64,000 nt of DNA, from assembly GCA_965249275.1 (NCBI GenBank), contig CBDFLQ010000007.1, positions 1,030,395 to 1,094,394 of the forward strand, written 5' to 3'. Each line of letters starts with the position of its first letter. Position 1 is the first letter of the stretch. Source of the stretch: Dehalococcoidia bacterium. GTDB taxonomy: Bacteria > Chloroflexota > Dehalococcoidia > Plut-88900. Of this stretch, positions 11,034-22,746 are shown in pieces. The notes beneath the pieces were generated by a model. That model saw only the letters and a list, made by a program, of their open reading frames with translations, had not been told where the DNA came from and made no database searches. Both the position numbers and the translations under genes were made by a program.

Positions 11034-11429
11034 ATGAGCACTACCGTGGAAAACAAGGCGGTGCAGGTAGTCCATGGCACTCAGGACCCAACTACCACGA
11101 GCCAAACCCGGGGCATGATCAGAAAGCCCGGAATTGACTCCAACACCGTTGGCGCCGGCAAGATCTGGCTAGGCCACGTGACTTGTACGCCTAATACTTT
11201 GGGACCGCCACACCATCATGGGGAGGCGGAGACCGCAGCCTTCGTGTTGAGCGGCCAGATTCGGGTCTATTTCGGAGAGAATCTCGAAGAATACGTGGAC
11301 GCTGGCCCAGGAGACTTTATCTTCGTGCCGGCTCATACGCCCCATATCGAAGGGAACGTAACCGACGAACCTGCTGAGGCGATGCTCTCGAGGGGGCCGG
11401 ACAACATAGTGATTAACCTGGAGGAGTGA
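11034..11429 (+). CDS. Cupin domain protein
   Basis: PHHHGEAET and GDFIFVPAHTPHIE motifs; AGGAGG before ATG11034. Confidence 0.9.
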   Translation: MSTTVENKAVQVVHGTQDPTTTSQTRGMIRKPGIDSNTVGAGKIWLGHVTCTPNTLGPPHHHGEAETAAFVLSGQIRVYFGENLEEYVDAGPGDFIFVPAHTPHIEGNVTDEPAEAMLSRGPDNIVINLEE

Positions 11430-11963
11430 TTACCCCCAGGTTTGCTGTGGCTGGGCTTCTAGGCGAAGCCCGCTAACACCGCCTCTGATTAATGACAATC
11501 CCACCTCACCCTGGTGTCCCATGGCCCATCGAACTAAACAAAGCCGAGGGGCTCGATGCCAAGGTATAGCTGCGGACCTGCAATCGGGGGCCGACACGTA
11601 GTGAGAAAGACGGCAGATCCCGAATGTAAGGGGTCCTCCGAGGCCTATTCCTGGCATTTCTTCTGGTCCTAGCCGCCTATTCGATTGAAATACCGCCTCC
11701 TGAGGAGACCACATTATCTGTCCCGGCAATGCTGGGCCCCACTTCCACGGCGCAAGTTCCGGAGGACATCACGCCGGCATCTCGGGCCACCATAGAGTCC
11801 GCGGCCGCGACCAGCAATCCGTCACCGGGCTCCTTAAAGAGAACATCCTGTCCGATACCAACCCAGGTGCAAGCTGCGCCTCCAGAAACCCCGGTGCCAG
11901 GCTTGGCCGCCGCCTTCCCGATAACCGTGGAGCCAGGCCCCGCGGAAATATAGAGAGGGCGAT

Positions 11964-12818
11964 CTACTCACCCGTCCCGGGCGACCAGTTGTATATCTTT
12001 TCAAGCGTTCCGCCCATTAACGCGGAGCGCTCCGAATCCGAAAGCTGGTCGGCAACCCGGAATACCTCAACACCTTGCTTATAGGTCAACAGGTTAACTG
12101 CCCGGGTCCAGTCAGTACCCCACATGCATCGATCGAAGCCGAACGCATCGAACACCCTCTCCATGGGTCCCCAGATGTCCGGGTATGGAAAGGGCTCGTG
12201 GGACAGGGTACAGGCTCCGGAAATCTTGATGGCTACGTTGTCATATTCGGCCAGTGAAAGCACGTCGGCCAGATCGGCAAACGGGTCCGGCGGTGGGGGA
12301 GGCTTGAAGGGTTGGACCAGGCCCACATGATCGATCACCACCTGGGTGTTTGGATGGCGGCGAGCCAGCTCGCGCATTAAGGGTAGCTTTCCCCAACACA
12401 GGACGTTCACCGGAACGCCCACGAGAGCACCGGCAGCGAGAATGCGATTTAGACCCGGGTCGTCCGCTTCATATGGCTGGTAAGCAAGCATGATGCGGGC
12501 CCCGACCACACCAGGCAAGCCGGTCCACTCCACCATTTCGTCAGCCGTCGCTTCGGACTGCGGATCGAATGGCTTGATCAGGCCGAAACTGCCGGGATGT
12601 TTCGCGTATACCTCGAGAGCGTAGCTGGCATCGTAGCCATACATGGAGAACGGCGAAACCAACAAGGCCCCGTCGACGCCGACCGAGTCCATCGCCGCCA
12701 CCATATCGTCGCCAGTCACCTCATCGGGGCCCTCCAAGAATCCACTCCAGGGGCGCTCAGGGCGGTTACGCTCGTACGCATGGACCTGCGAGTCAATTGT
12801 GGGAGTGCGAGTCGTCAT
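11964..12818 (-). CDS. Amidohydrolase_2 family, lactonase-like (COG3618-type)
   Basis: IDSQVH, VIDHVG, IKISG, MWGTDW. Confidence 0.9.
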   Translation of the reverse strand: MTTRTPTIDSQVHAYERNRPERPWSGFLEGPDEVTGDDMVAAMDSVGVDGALLVSPFSMYGYDASYALEVYAKHPGSFGLIKPFDPQSEATADEMVEWTGLPGVVGARIMLAYQPYEADDPGLNRILAAGALVGVPVNVLCWGKLPLMRELARRHPNTQVVIDHVGLVQPFKPPPPPDPFADLADVLSLAEYDNVAIKISGACTLSHEPFPYPDIWGPMERVFDAFGFDRCMWGTDWTRAVNLLTYKQGVEVFRVADQLSDSERSALMGGTLEKIYNWSPGTGE

Positions 12819-13047
12819 CGCCTTCCTCCTTTTCGCTCATGGATTTCGGGTGGTTGCGTGAGGCTCTGCTCCAGAGTGCCCCAGAGCTGTAAACCGGGAC
12901 ATGTCAGACCGATCTTCTTCATTGCGACTGCCCGGCGAGACATTCGCCGCACGGTACGTGTAGCCCCACCAACGCTGCCGGTAGATAGCTCCGTCTTCGA
13001 GATGTGGCTGGGCAGCCTGTAAAGCCACCGAGTCCCAGGGCCCTTTC

Positions 13048-13644
13048 TCATTCCCCCTCTTCCCGCTCTCGCGGTTCTATGTCGGCACGGATTCCCTCAC
13101 TGATGCGGTCCGTCTCAGCCTGAAGACCCTCAATACGCAGGAGAGCGTCCGCCATCGGAAGCTTCCGCACCCCCTCCAATCCCTCACAGAGGGTATCGAA
13201 CCTGTGCCACTCCGTCTCCTCAAACCCCTCCGGTGCAAGCTCACCCCGCGACATGACCCACGAGCACATAGCGAAGACGCCTCTCTCCGTATCAAGCGCC
13301 TCGTCACAGTTGTCCTCCTCAACGCACTCTTTGAAGTCGTCCAGCCGGGCGTCGAAGCGTCGTGCGAGCGTCTCCGAGTCGGCGATCCAGTCCTCGACGT
13401 CGGGAAACAGACGGTCGCACCCGGTCAGCGACAGTGCGACGAGAGCAGCGACCCCGATGAGCAGAACGGTCAAAATCAATCCAGCACTCGCTGGATCGTC
13501 GCGTCGGTCTCCCCCATCATCACGATTGAGCCCGCGGCATCGTCTTCGTTTACCATGTGGGTCCTTCTTTTCCGGGCGGTGCATAACCCAGGTGACCACC
13601 GCTAAATTTTGATGCCGATCGGGGGTAATCTTGTAAGACTCCAT
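13048..13644 (-). CDS. Hypothetical lipoprotein (true start uncertain, probably downstream)
   Basis: Hydrophobic stretch ending LSLTGC followed by an acidic helical region with several Cys. Confidence 0.5.
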   Translation of the reverse strand: MESYKITPDRHQNLAVVTWVMHRPEKKDPHGKRRRCRGLNRDDGGDRRDDPASAGLILTVLLIGVAALVALSLTGCDRLFPDVEDWIADSETLARRFDARLDDFKECVEEDNCDEALDTERGVFAMCSWVMSRGELAPEGFEETEWHRFDTLCEGLEGVRKLPMADALLRIEGLQAETDRISEGIRADIEPREREEGE

Positions 13645-14011
13645 CTATAGGAGCATCAGAATTCTGTTAAATTATCGCCCCAACAGTACGCGGGAATCTG
13701 GCCCCTCGTCAATCCGATCCAGGATCTGTATTGGGAGTCCCTGCGAAACGAAGGATCAATTCAAAGTTCGCAGTACCGTACACCTAGCCCCTCCCGTCCA
13801 GTTGCCCAAATGGGTTCTCAACCTCTTAAAATCGAACTTGCCTTTGTGATCGGTGGAGAGGATGGAGCGACCGATAAGTTCACTTGAACTGACTGCCGAC
13901 ACCTGCAGACATCTGCATAGGCTGGCGCCATTTTGCACATAGCTCTTCACTAAACCTTAAGAATCAGATTATCCGATATTGTTAGGAGAGTCTCAGCACC
14001 CCAGTTTCTAT

Positions 14012-15229
14012 TTAGACTATAGCCCCGATACTTTTCAGCGTTTCTATTCGTTCCCAGGAAAAGCCCAATTCCAAAAGCACCTCTTCGGTGTGTTGGCCTA
14101 CTTCTGGCGCACAACCCCTCGGGCCGGCCGGACTGTCGCTGAATTTGATAGGGAAATTAAGGGTCTGATACCAACCGTAATTAGGATGCTCCAAACGGGT
14201 AAAGTATCCATTTGATTTGGCCTGGGGATCATCAATGACTTCCTCAAGGCCTTGGACCGGAGCCCACACGACCCCGTATTTGTCCAAGCGCGGCCCTAAT
14301 TCCCCCTCGCTCGTAGAACCGATAGTCTTTTCTATTTCCTTGACCACGGCTCTAGCGGAATGCCTCCGACTTTCCAATGAACGGAATTTTGGATGGGACA
14401 AAAGGTCCGGCCTGCCTAGCGCGGCACAACATTTCTCCCAATTGGCGTCCGTATGGACCATCTGTATTATCAGCCATCTTCCATCCGAGGTGCGGTAAGA
14501 GTTTCGGAGTGGGTTCGGCGCCTGCTCCCGATGGTGTCTTTTGGGCTGCTTACGGGCGACGAGGCTGTCTTGGAGGTCCGATCCCATTGCCCAAAGACCA
14601 GAATTAAACAGGGATACACCGACCTCTTGTCCTCTGCCAGTATGCTCTCTCGACAGAAGAGCTGTGAGAATCCCTGCCAACAGCAATGGTGCCGTCATGT
14701 GATCCCCAGTACCTGGCGGAGGCTGAACTGGTACCTGTCCGGGTTGTCCGAAGCTAGACATCATTCCCGATCTTGCCCAGAAGGCGGTCTGGTCAAAACC
14801 AGGCCGGTTTTGGTCGGGACCCTGATCCCCATAGGCACTGAATGCCAAATACACCAGCCGGGGGTTGTTGGGGCACAAGTCCTGGTATGTCAGTCGATAT
14901 CTTTTCAAGCGCTGGGGGAGCAGGTTAGTGATGAAAACGTCGGCCATGCCGGCAGCGGCCGACTGCACTTCAAGGGACTCCTGGTGCTCCAGGTCGAGGG
15001 TAATGCTACGTTTCCCTCGATTAGTTAGCTCAAAAGGGTATTTGGTGGGGAAGTTGTAGTCGAATTCCTTGTCCTTGATGAATGCATAGCGGCCAGGGTC
15101 TCCTGCCAAAGGCTCAACCTTTACAACGTCAGCTCCCAGGTCAGCCATCATTGCTCCGGCCAGAGGGACAGCTAGAAAATTTGCTACTTCTATAACCTTT
15201 ACGCCGGCAAGAGGAGCGATGCTAGGCAT
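14012..15229 (-). CDS. CoA-transferase family III (CaiB/BaiF)
   Basis: ADLGADVVKVE, NRGKRSITLDL, GFD, TGD catalytic Asp, GQHTEEVL. Confidence 0.95.
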   Translation of the reverse strand: MPSIAPLAGVKVIEVANFLAVPLAGAMMADLGADVVKVEPLAGDPGRYAFIKDKEFDYNFPTKYPFELTNRGKRSITLDLEHQESLEVQSAAAGMADVFITNLLPQRLKRYRLTYQDLCPNNPRLVYLAFSAYGDQGPDQNRPGFDQTAFWARSGMMSSFGQPGQVPVQPPPGTGDHMTAPLLLAGILTALLSREHTGRGQEVGVSLFNSGLWAMGSDLQDSLVARKQPKRHHREQAPNPLRNSYRTSDGRWLIIQMVHTDANWEKCCAALGRPDLLSHPKFRSLESRRHSARAVVKEIEKTIGSTSEGELGPRLDKYGVVWAPVQGLEEVIDDPQAKSNGYFTRLEHPNYGWYQTLNFPIKFSDSPAGPRGCAPEVGQHTEEVLLELGFSWERIETLKSIGAIV

Positions 15230-15447
15230 TATTCAAACTGATTTCTAAAGGGGTATGCAGTCCTGGTCTCGAGGCCGGCGTAAGTATTGGGTGAATGCCA
15301 TGCCTGTGTCGTTTCCCAACTCCGATCGGCAAGATTCAATCGAATCGCCCTGAGCCCGGATGTCTTGAAAGGGATATACGGGTGTCCCCTCAAGATCGAA
15401 AGTCTCCTTGAATTTGTTGGGCCCTCCGATCTCAACACTCGTCGGGA

Positions 15448-16605
15448 TTAGGGCAGCTTGTAGAGATCTGTGGCTGTCGTTCCCAATATCGATTTCGCAT
15501 CGGTGGCCTTCAAAGGCTTTAGTGTCTCCAGTACCTCCTCCAGGGGATGAGCGTGGCCTTCCCCGTGAGGATAGTCCGAGGCCCACATTAGCTTGTGGCT
15601 TCCAAGTATTCCGACGGTCGCCTCAATCGCAGTCTCCTCCGGCTCCATGGACGCCCAGCAGTTGCTGTCCCAATATTCGCTTGGTTTTCGACTGCTGATG
15701 GGGCTGAAGTCAAGAACGTTGTAGCGAGCGTCCATGTAGTCCAGCCAATGGGGAATCCAGGTGCATCCCGTCTCGAGCAGCACAATCTTTAGCTTCGGGA
15801 AACGATCAAATACTCCACCACAAAAAAGGGAGGTAAAGGCAATTTGGACGTCCCCGAAAAACGCAATGCCCGTATACCACTGCCGTCCTCTGTTTAGTTG
15901 GGGCATCAGCCAGCTGCCAACATGATTAGGATTCATAATGACGTGGATGCCCACGGGGATTTCCATCTCTTGAGCTGCGGCCCAGAAAGGATCGTAGTAG
16001 TCCTCACCGTAGGGAATTCCGGTAGCGGGAGCGGCACTGAGAAATACGCCCCGTGCCCCTAGTTTTGCGCATCGCTCGAGTTCGCCAACGGCGTTTCCGA
16101 TATCCAGAAGAGATACGTGGGCGTTGGGAATTAGCCTGTCGGGATAGGGCTCACAAAATCCCAGGAGCCAATCGTTGTACACCCTACAATAGGCGGTAGC
16201 CAGATCTAGATCGTCACACTCCCCCTCCCAACCCAGACCCAAAGAGGGATAAAGAATAGATGTGTCGATTCGCTCCTCGTCCATCCGCTGAATTCTAGCG
16301 TGAGGATCCCTCGCCGCGTACACCAGGGCAGCAGCCTCTTCGTAGGCCACCTTGCCCGGGGTGAACACGTCCTCATGATCGAGGTCAGAGCCAGCCTGGT
16401 TCGCCAGAATCCCCCCTCTTTTCGTCAGGGACTTCTTCCCGTCTATCTCCAGATACTCGAGCCCATGCTCATCTTCCTTGATCCGCAAAGCTCTTTCCCT
16501 GTACCTAAGCGGCAGATCCTTCTCCCACAGGTCCGCAGGTTCAAGGATGTGGCTGTCCGAATCAACATTTATTGTTCTTTTGGCGTCAGTTACCACTTCT
16601 AGCAC
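15448..16605 (-). CDS. Amidohydrolase_2 family protein
   Basis: DSDSHILEP, YNDW, LETGCTW, WASDYPH. Confidence 0.93.
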   Translation of the reverse strand: MLEVVTDAKRTINVDSDSHILEPADLWEKDLPLRYRERALRIKEDEHGLEYLEIDGKKSLTKRGGILANQAGSDLDHEDVFTPGKVAYEEAAALVYAARDPHARIQRMDEERIDTSILYPSLGLGWEGECDDLDLATAYCRVYNDWLLGFCEPYPDRLIPNAHVSLLDIGNAVGELERCAKLGARGVFLSAAPATGIPYGEDYYDPFWAAAQEMEIPVGIHVIMNPNHVGSWLMPQLNRGRQWYTGIAFFGDVQIAFTSLFCGGVFDRFPKLKIVLLETGCTWIPHWLDYMDARYNVLDFSPISSRKPSEYWDSNCWASMEPEETAIEATVGILGSHKLMWASDYPHGEGHAHPLEEVLETLKPLKATDAKSILGTTATDLYKLP

Positions 16606-16705
16606 CGCCTATCTAGATCTCTTTGGGCCTTTTCTCCACTTAGCCGCTTGGGGCAAAGACGTCGCCATTTCAACGGCGTCCTTGTCCTCTAGGGATTTCG
16701 GAATT

Positions 16706-17581
16706 TCACCCTTTCCTTGCTAGTTTGGACCTTGGCCCACCGGGTTCCGGCTGGAAGGGACTATCCCGCGCATCCAGAAAGGCCTTAAGCCCACCATCGG
16801 CCTGGGCTTCCAGTAATCGCTCTCGGTCGGGACCGTGGGAGCAATGCGCTAAATTGGCAAGGAGGGCATTAACCTTCATGGCAGCACCGAGGCCCATAGC
16901 ATTCAGGCCCATCCAAGTCACCTGCTTGTTGATGCGGACCGATGCCTCCGGGACTTTGGCGATGCGCGCTGCCAGGGCCCAGGTTTCTTCTTCGAGTTTG
17001 TCCTTGGGCACTACCTTGTTGACTAACCCGATGCGGTAAGCCTCCTCGACGCCCATGTGATCTCCTGTCAAAGACCACCTATGGGCACGCTTCCAGTTCG
17101 TTAGTGCTGCCAGTAGGAATGCGGTATCGGAGATGTGTCGTACTTCGGGCTGACCGAAGACGGAATCGTCGGATGCAATGGTCATGTCGCATGCCAAGCT
17201 GTACCAGAAGCCGCCTCCAAGACAGTATCCGTGTACTGAGGCAATGATGGGTACGCCCAGGCTCCACATGTGCATGAGTTCGTTGCGGCTCCGATTATCA
17301 CGTCGCCACCACAACCGCAGATACTGCCCGATCTCCAGGCCAGTCGGGTCCAGGGCGGACCGGCCAGTGTCGCGAGGCCGAATATCATAGCCGGCGGAGA
17401 AGGCCCGCCCGACCCCCGCCAGAATAACCGCCCTGACTTCCGGATCTCGATCGGCAGTGTCAAATGCTAGACGAAGCTCCCCAATTACCTCGTCGCTTAT
17501 GGCATTAAGGACTTCTGGCCGATTCAAGGTGACCTTTGCAACTCGGTCCCGTTTCTCGTATAGAATCGTTTGAAAATGCAC
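16706..17581 (-). CDS. Enoyl-CoA hydratase/isomerase family protein
   Basis: LNRPEVLNA, FSAGYD, HGYCLGGG, FGQPEV. Confidence 0.93.
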   Translation of the reverse strand: MHFQTILYEKRDRVAKVTLNRPEVLNAISDEVIGELRLAFDTADRDPEVRAVILAGVGRAFSAGYDIRPRDTGRSALDPTGLEIGQYLRLWWRRDNRSRNELMHMWSLGVPIIASVHGYCLGGGFWYSLACDMTIASDDSVFGQPEVRHISDTAFLLAALTNWKRAHRWSLTGDHMGVEEAYRIGLVNKVVPKDKLEEETWALAARIAKVPEASVRINKQVTWMGLNAMGLGAAMKVNALLANLAHCSHGPDRERLLEAQADGGLKAFLDARDSPFQPEPGGPRSKLARKG

Positions 17582-17673
17582 GAATCTTCCTCAATAAAGA
17601 GAGCTAGTGATCATCTCACTGCTGGCAGATTAGGTAGCTATCCCGAAGTTTGCGTCTCGAAAATAATCGAAGC

Positions 17674-18578
17674 TTAACGGTTTGCCACCACCTCATCATA
17701 AGTGGCGTCTGGCCGGATCAGGTCCCACTGTAGCATCCACTCGTGTTCCTTCTCGAACTCCTCTTTCGAAAAGGGCTCCGGGTCTACGTATCGGAACCGG
17801 GGTAAGTGGAAATCAGTTGGTGTGAGTTGGCGCGCATATTTTTCTGGGATCTCTTCGATTAGATAATGGAAGTATTTCCTGGGGTCTTGGTTGATCAACT
17901 TGACTGCCTTACGAATAGCCCTCTGCGCTGCGTCCCAAATATCTGTATCCAAGTCTCTTGGAGCGTTTTTTACACCTAAATAATGAGTTTCAATTAGGCG
18001 CTTGTACCCATTCTTTTCGGCCAGGGTGATCCATGGTTCCATTAACGTAACGGCGTCTACTTCTCTGTTAACCAAAGCCTCATATCGTTCCGCTACCGTC
18101 CCCATGTGCACTACTTTGATCTGGTCTCTCCTAAGGCAGCCTTCTAGCATCTGTAATGTGCAGTAGTGAGATCCTTGATGGAACTGTACGCCAACAGTCT
18201 TATCCGCCAGCTGAGTAGGACCGTTGACAGAGGAATCCGGAGGCACAAAAATCCCTTGACAAACTACTGCTGCCCGTTTGCTGACTATAGGACCCCTGGG
18301 GTCTCAGACGCTCTTCTAATTTGCCCCCACTGACATGCCCTATAGATGTCAACTTGACGAGTCTCGAACAGGTCTTGATAGTTAGTCGACTTTACTAGTG
18401 TGTGGTCAAATATGGGCGGGTCACCCTCACTGAACCTGGTTGATCGGTTTCTGGGTAGAAGGATCTCGATCTCCAACCCTTCTTCTGCGGCGGTATAGTC
18501 TCTCGTTACGAACCAATGAAGCCCTAAGACAGCCTCGGCACTTTCTACGCGAATCTTGGTCTTGTTGCTGGTTGTCAT
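17674..18578 (-). pseudogene. ABC-type substrate-binding-like protein (SsuA/NMT1-like), frameshifted at ~18290
   Basis: ORF 18285-18623 (ACQWGQIRRA) continues in another frame as PIVSKRAAVVCQGIFVPPDSS into ORF 17674-18246; the shift lies at a G run. Confidence 0.7.
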
Positions 18579-18949
18579 TTCACCCTCCGTCCAATCCTGG
18601 CCCCTCATCAACGTACCAATCATAACCAGAGGTCAATGCAGCGTAAGTGGCTGGTAGGTACTTTCTGCCAGCTAAGTCTAGAGTCTATAGCTTGGAAGTG
18701 ATCATTGCCAGCCCTACTCCCTGGAAGTCCGAATTATGGGCCCTAGAAACTGCGTGTCACGCGTGCGGGGCAGGTAAGCTTCAGCTCGTCGCTATCCTTG
18801 CTGAGGCAGGCAAGATACTTACAGACCTGAGTCTCCGGGTTCACGCTTGAAGACGCCAGGATTCCCCGTGGGACACCTAGCCTCACTTTGCGTTCCCGCA
18901 ACTCCGCTTGAATGCGCCGAAGCACGTTCGCCAGGTCGGGAAACACCCA

Positions 18950-19343
18950 GAGGATATGCAGCGTATACGAGAACACGTTGGCTTGTTCGAGAAGACGAGA
19001 GCGTGCCCAGCAAAGAAATCCTGGTGCAGACGCCTGACGTAACCCACGCGCTGGTGCACACTCGTCTGACATCCGGCGCCAAGAGGCTTTACCTCGCTCC
19101 CACGACCATGGTCAGGATCGAAGGGATGGACGAGGCGAACGCCGGGCGTTGCTCTACAAACTGACCGAACACGCAACCCGGCCCGAATTCGTTTACCGCC
19201 ACGACTGGCGGCCGGGCGACCTGATAATGTGGGACAACGGCTTCCTGCTCCTTCGCCGGGAGGTCTTCCGCACCGATCAGGACCGCTTGCCCAGGCGCAC
19301 GACTAACCGGCGTGCGCCGGACCGACACATCATCCCGGGCTGA
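18950..19343 (+). pseudogene. TauD/TfdA dioxygenase C-terminal remnant
   Basis: PDVTHALVH..SGAKRLYL..IEGMDE, then a frameshift to EHATRPEFVYRHDWRPGDLIMWDN; the metal His is degenerate. Confidence 0.8.
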
Positions 19344-19677
19344 GGGCACAAAGAAGCACACAGACACGCAAGCCGCCAAAATAAAGATTGCCTTATAGGC
19401 TGCACATATCGCCACCGCATCAATGCCACCGGCCCACTTCCGCCACTTCATCCCCATGACCTGCCACAGCCTCACCTCATCAACACTCAACTGCCCTGAT
19501 TCTACCGGCTCTTAAACTAAGGCTGTAGTACTAGTGATGCAGCCGCACTAACACCGATTTGGCTCTTTCGGTCTCAAATTCGGCATAGTTTCGTTAGTAT
19601 TTGAGACGTTGGTCCTGGCCGGACGTTGCGATTTCAGGACCATCCAACACCACAAGCGACCACCCGGGGCTCTAGTG

Positions 19678-20592
19678 TTACGCTGAGAGTGCTGCGGAGA
19701 CGCCCTCTATTTTCCCCGGCCCCGATGTAGTGAGCTCACCGACCGCTTTGACTATGTTCGGGTGCTGCAATCCAGACACGAGGAAGGTCCACCGGCACGC
19801 CCGCTGCGTATTCGTAGTGATCTCCTCCTTCTCGGCAGCCGTGAACGTCCGTCCGGTCACCCTCTCAAGAGCTTCTATGTTCAGCCCAATCTGCTGTGCC
19901 AGCAGCCCGTCGATCGCCCCACCAAGCTCCAGAACCTCATCGATTGCACTCTCCCGCTCTTCAAGGGTCAGGAGCTCGGCTACTTCGCCGATCAGCAACG
20001 TGTCCAGCTTGGCGTGCTGCGCCTCTTCTATCCAATGAAACCTCAAGAGATCCCGGAACAGCCCATCGAGGTCCGAGTCGTCGCGCACATGCTCTATGTA
20101 GTGGAGCTGGGTGAACCATTCGATAATCGCGGTCAGGAGCATGACGGCCAGCTTCGACTTGCTCCGAACTACTTTCGCCACGTCTTCCCGGCCAGGGATT
20201 AAGCCGCACTCACTGCCGAAACCCCGGCCGAAGAGTTCAACCGATCTCCGAAACAGCTCCTGATGCTTGAGTTCTTCCTCAGCGAACCGCAACAACGAGC
20301 GGGCTTTGACTTCATCCCCATAGACATCATTCATAGCCTCTTCCATGACGGCGGGGATGATGAACTCCTCCACGAACGCGAAGATGTGGCAGTAGGCGTT
20401 GCCCATAATCTGATTCAGCTGAAGCCTCTCGTTGTCGTTCAAACATCCGATCTCGTCTACACCGGTCAGCCTGTTGGGCAGAAAGCGTTTCGAGAAGTCG
20501 AAATTCTTGTCGGCCAGGACATCGTCTTCCAACCAGGAGACCCTCTTTGAGATGTCCAGACACTCTTGGTACGTGTAGTTGTGTGAAAGCAC
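19678..20592 (-). CDS. Ferritin-like diiron protein (AurF-like)
   Basis: FVEE...EELKH...IEW...EEAQH carboxylate/His pattern; AGGAGG RBS. Confidence 0.8.
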   Translation of the reverse strand: MLSHNYTYQECLDISKRVSWLEDDVLADKNFDFSKRFLPNRLTGVDEIGCLNDNERLQLNQIMGNAYCHIFAFVEEFIIPAVMEEAMNDVYGDEVKARSLLRFAEEELKHQELFRRSVELFGRGFGSECGLIPGREDVAKVVRSKSKLAVMLLTAIIEWFTQLHYIEHVRDDSDLDGLFRDLLRFHWIEEAQHAKLDTLLIGEVAELLTLEERESAIDEVLELGGAIDGLLAQQIGLNIEALERVTGRTFTAAEKEEITTNTQRACRWTFLVSGLQHPNIVKAVGELTTSGPGKIEGVSAALSA

Positions 20593-21015
20593 GGGCTACT
20601 CCTCCTTGTACTAGGCCTTTTGCTAGGATCCTCCATTCTCGGCTGACCGAATCCCACACCAACCCATTATATAGGTGACGGCCATAGGTCTTTAACTCAC
20701 GAATGCGGGCAAACTTTCTAAAAGGCTCGCAGATCCATCCGGGAGCGGTCTGAACTGGGTGATCGATGGGCACATCCCGTCGCCCGAGGTGACAAAATCA
20801 CCGAAGTAGATTCAACTCCAGAGGGCAGCTTGGGCCACCAAACCGGACAAAATCAAGAACTTTCACTTTGGTATTCGTCCTGGCCTTGTAAACTGGTGCT
20901 GGACATACATGGTCAGGTGAAAGCCTACCGTTGACTGGCGGGTTGCCTCAGATGCCGCCGCAGGACAGCGGGGGGGTTCGGTTTGGGAGGCTCCGGCCAA
21001 TCAGCGTCCCAAAGG

Positions 21016-21555
21016 TCACGGCTCCTCCCGTTCCTGCGTCTCGCCCTTGGCCATGCGATAGTCCACCCAGGACTCGTTGAAAGTGTAGTCAGGGCTGTAG
21101 GCGTGGTCTCTCGGCCTGCCGCTGAGACGTCCCACGTAGGCGCGTACCACCTGTGGATCGCCCGGCTGTCTCTGCGCTAAGATCCGTCGCAGTAGCTGAT
21201 CGTTGGTCAATGCTCGTTCGGCGTGAACCGAAAGCTCGAAGAGAAGCTTATATTCGGTCGGGATCAGCGTCACCGAGCGGCCCGCTCCAGTCACTAGACG
21301 TTTCCATAATTGATGGTCAGGTCCCTCAGCACATAGGGTTCGAGAGGCACATTCCATGCGACCCCCCGCCTGTGCAGGGACGCCTTGACTCTCGGCTACT
21401 AGTTCTGTGGAGGAAAAGGGCTTCATGATGTAGTCGTCGGCCCCCTTTTCGAAGGCCCGAGCGATTTTCTGGTTCCCGTCCCGGAACGAAGGAAGCCCGC
21501 CGACGCATTGGTGATCCGCGCGATGCGCTTCATCGGTCGAACCCGTCGATTCGCG
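21016..21555 (-). pseudogene. OmpR/KdpE-type response regulator remnant
   Basis: IDGFD.., ARAFEKGADDYIMKPFS, PTEYKLLFELS, VVRAYVGRL, degenerate wHTH end; frameshifted and 5'-truncated. Confidence 0.8.
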
Positions 21556-21750
21556 ACTGCATCATTTCCAGAAGGTTGAGGTGGGGCTTCTCCACCTTGG
21601 TGAGGGAATTCACCTCCTGCTTCACGAGTAGACCCCAAACCTTGATTGCCCATTCCCTCCCCCCGCTTGCCGATTCCACCCCCTTCACTGTTAAACTTGT
21701 TATCATCGGCGTCCCACCCCACCCGAGTCCCCAGCCGCGAATAACAAGCT

Positions 21751-22746
21751 ATGCCACCGCTCCTACAGGTCAAAAACCTTAAGACCTACTTCTACACCGA
21801 GGACGGTGTGGTCAAGGCCGTCGACGGCATCTCCTACTCTCTCCGAGCCGGGGAAACAATGGGCCTTGTCGGCGAGAGCGGGTGCGGCAAGACCGTCAGC
21901 GCTCTCTCCCTGATGCGCCTCATACCCTCACCCCCGGGCGAGATCGTCGAAGGTGAGGTCCTTCTCGACGGCCAAGACCTGCTCAAGCTCAGCAACGACC
22001 AGATGAGACGCCGACGCGGCAAGGACATTGCCATTATCTTCCAGGAGCCCATGACCTCCCTCAACCCCGTACTCACCATTGGCCGTCAGCTAACCGAGGC
22101 CCTAGAAATGCACCTCGGCCTCTCCGGAAGAGCCGCCAACACCCGCGCCGGCGAGCTCCTCGAAGAAGTCGGTATAGCCGACCCCGGACGTAGGCTCGAC
22201 AACTACCCTCACCACATGAGCGGTGGCATGAGGCAACGCGTCATGGTCGCCATGGCCCTCAGCTGCGAGCCTAAAGTGCTCCTTGCCGACGAGCCCACCA
22301 CAGCCGTCGACGTCACCATCCAGGCCCAGCTCCTCGAGCTCATCAGCCGGCTCTCCAAGGAGCGCGGCACCGCGGTTGTCATCATCACGCACAATCTCGG
22401 CGTCGTGGCCCGTTACGCCGATTCCGTCAACGTCATGTACGCCGGCAGAATCGTCGAAAGTTCTTCCGCTCACAACGTCTACGGGACTCCCCGCCACCCC
22501 TATACCCTCGGCCTCCTCGCCTCCGTCCCCCGCCTCGACGAGTCCATCAGGGAACAACTCGTTCCCATCGAGGGCGCACCCCCCGACCTCGCCCACCGAC
22601 CTGCGGGATGCTCATTCCGACCCCGGTGTGCCTTTGCCATCGACGCTTGCTCTCACACTGACCCGCTCCTGGAACTAAAGCGGCCCGGACACTCCGCAGC
22701 ATGCCTCGTAGACGTCACCCGTCGCACCCCGGAGCCCGTCTCATGA
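21751..22746 (+). CDS. oppD: Oligopeptide/dipeptide ABC ATPase
   Basis: [30 protein letters not shown]-terminal Cys motif. Confidence 0.95.
   Translation: MPPLLQVKNLKTYFYTEDGVVKAVDGISYSLRAGETMGLVGESGCGKTVSALSLMRLIPSPPGEIVEGEVLLDGQDLLKLSNDQMRRRRGKDIAIIFQEPMTSLNPVLTIGRQLTEALEMHLGLSGRAANTRAGELLEEVGIADPGRRLDNYPHHMSGGMRQRVMVAMALSCEPKVLLADEPTTAVDVTIQAQLLELISRLSKERGTAVVIITHNLGVVARYADSVNVMYAGRIVESSSAHNVYGTPRHPYTLGLLASVPRLDESIREQLVPIEGAPPDLAHRPAGCSFRPRCAFAIDACSHTDPLLELKRPGHSAACLVDVTRRTPEPVS

Noticed and set aside
11630-11953. Possible decayed lipoprotein (LFLAFLLVLAAYS plus Pro/Thr-rich linker)
   Set aside because: No valid start, no lipobox Cys and no identifiable domain.
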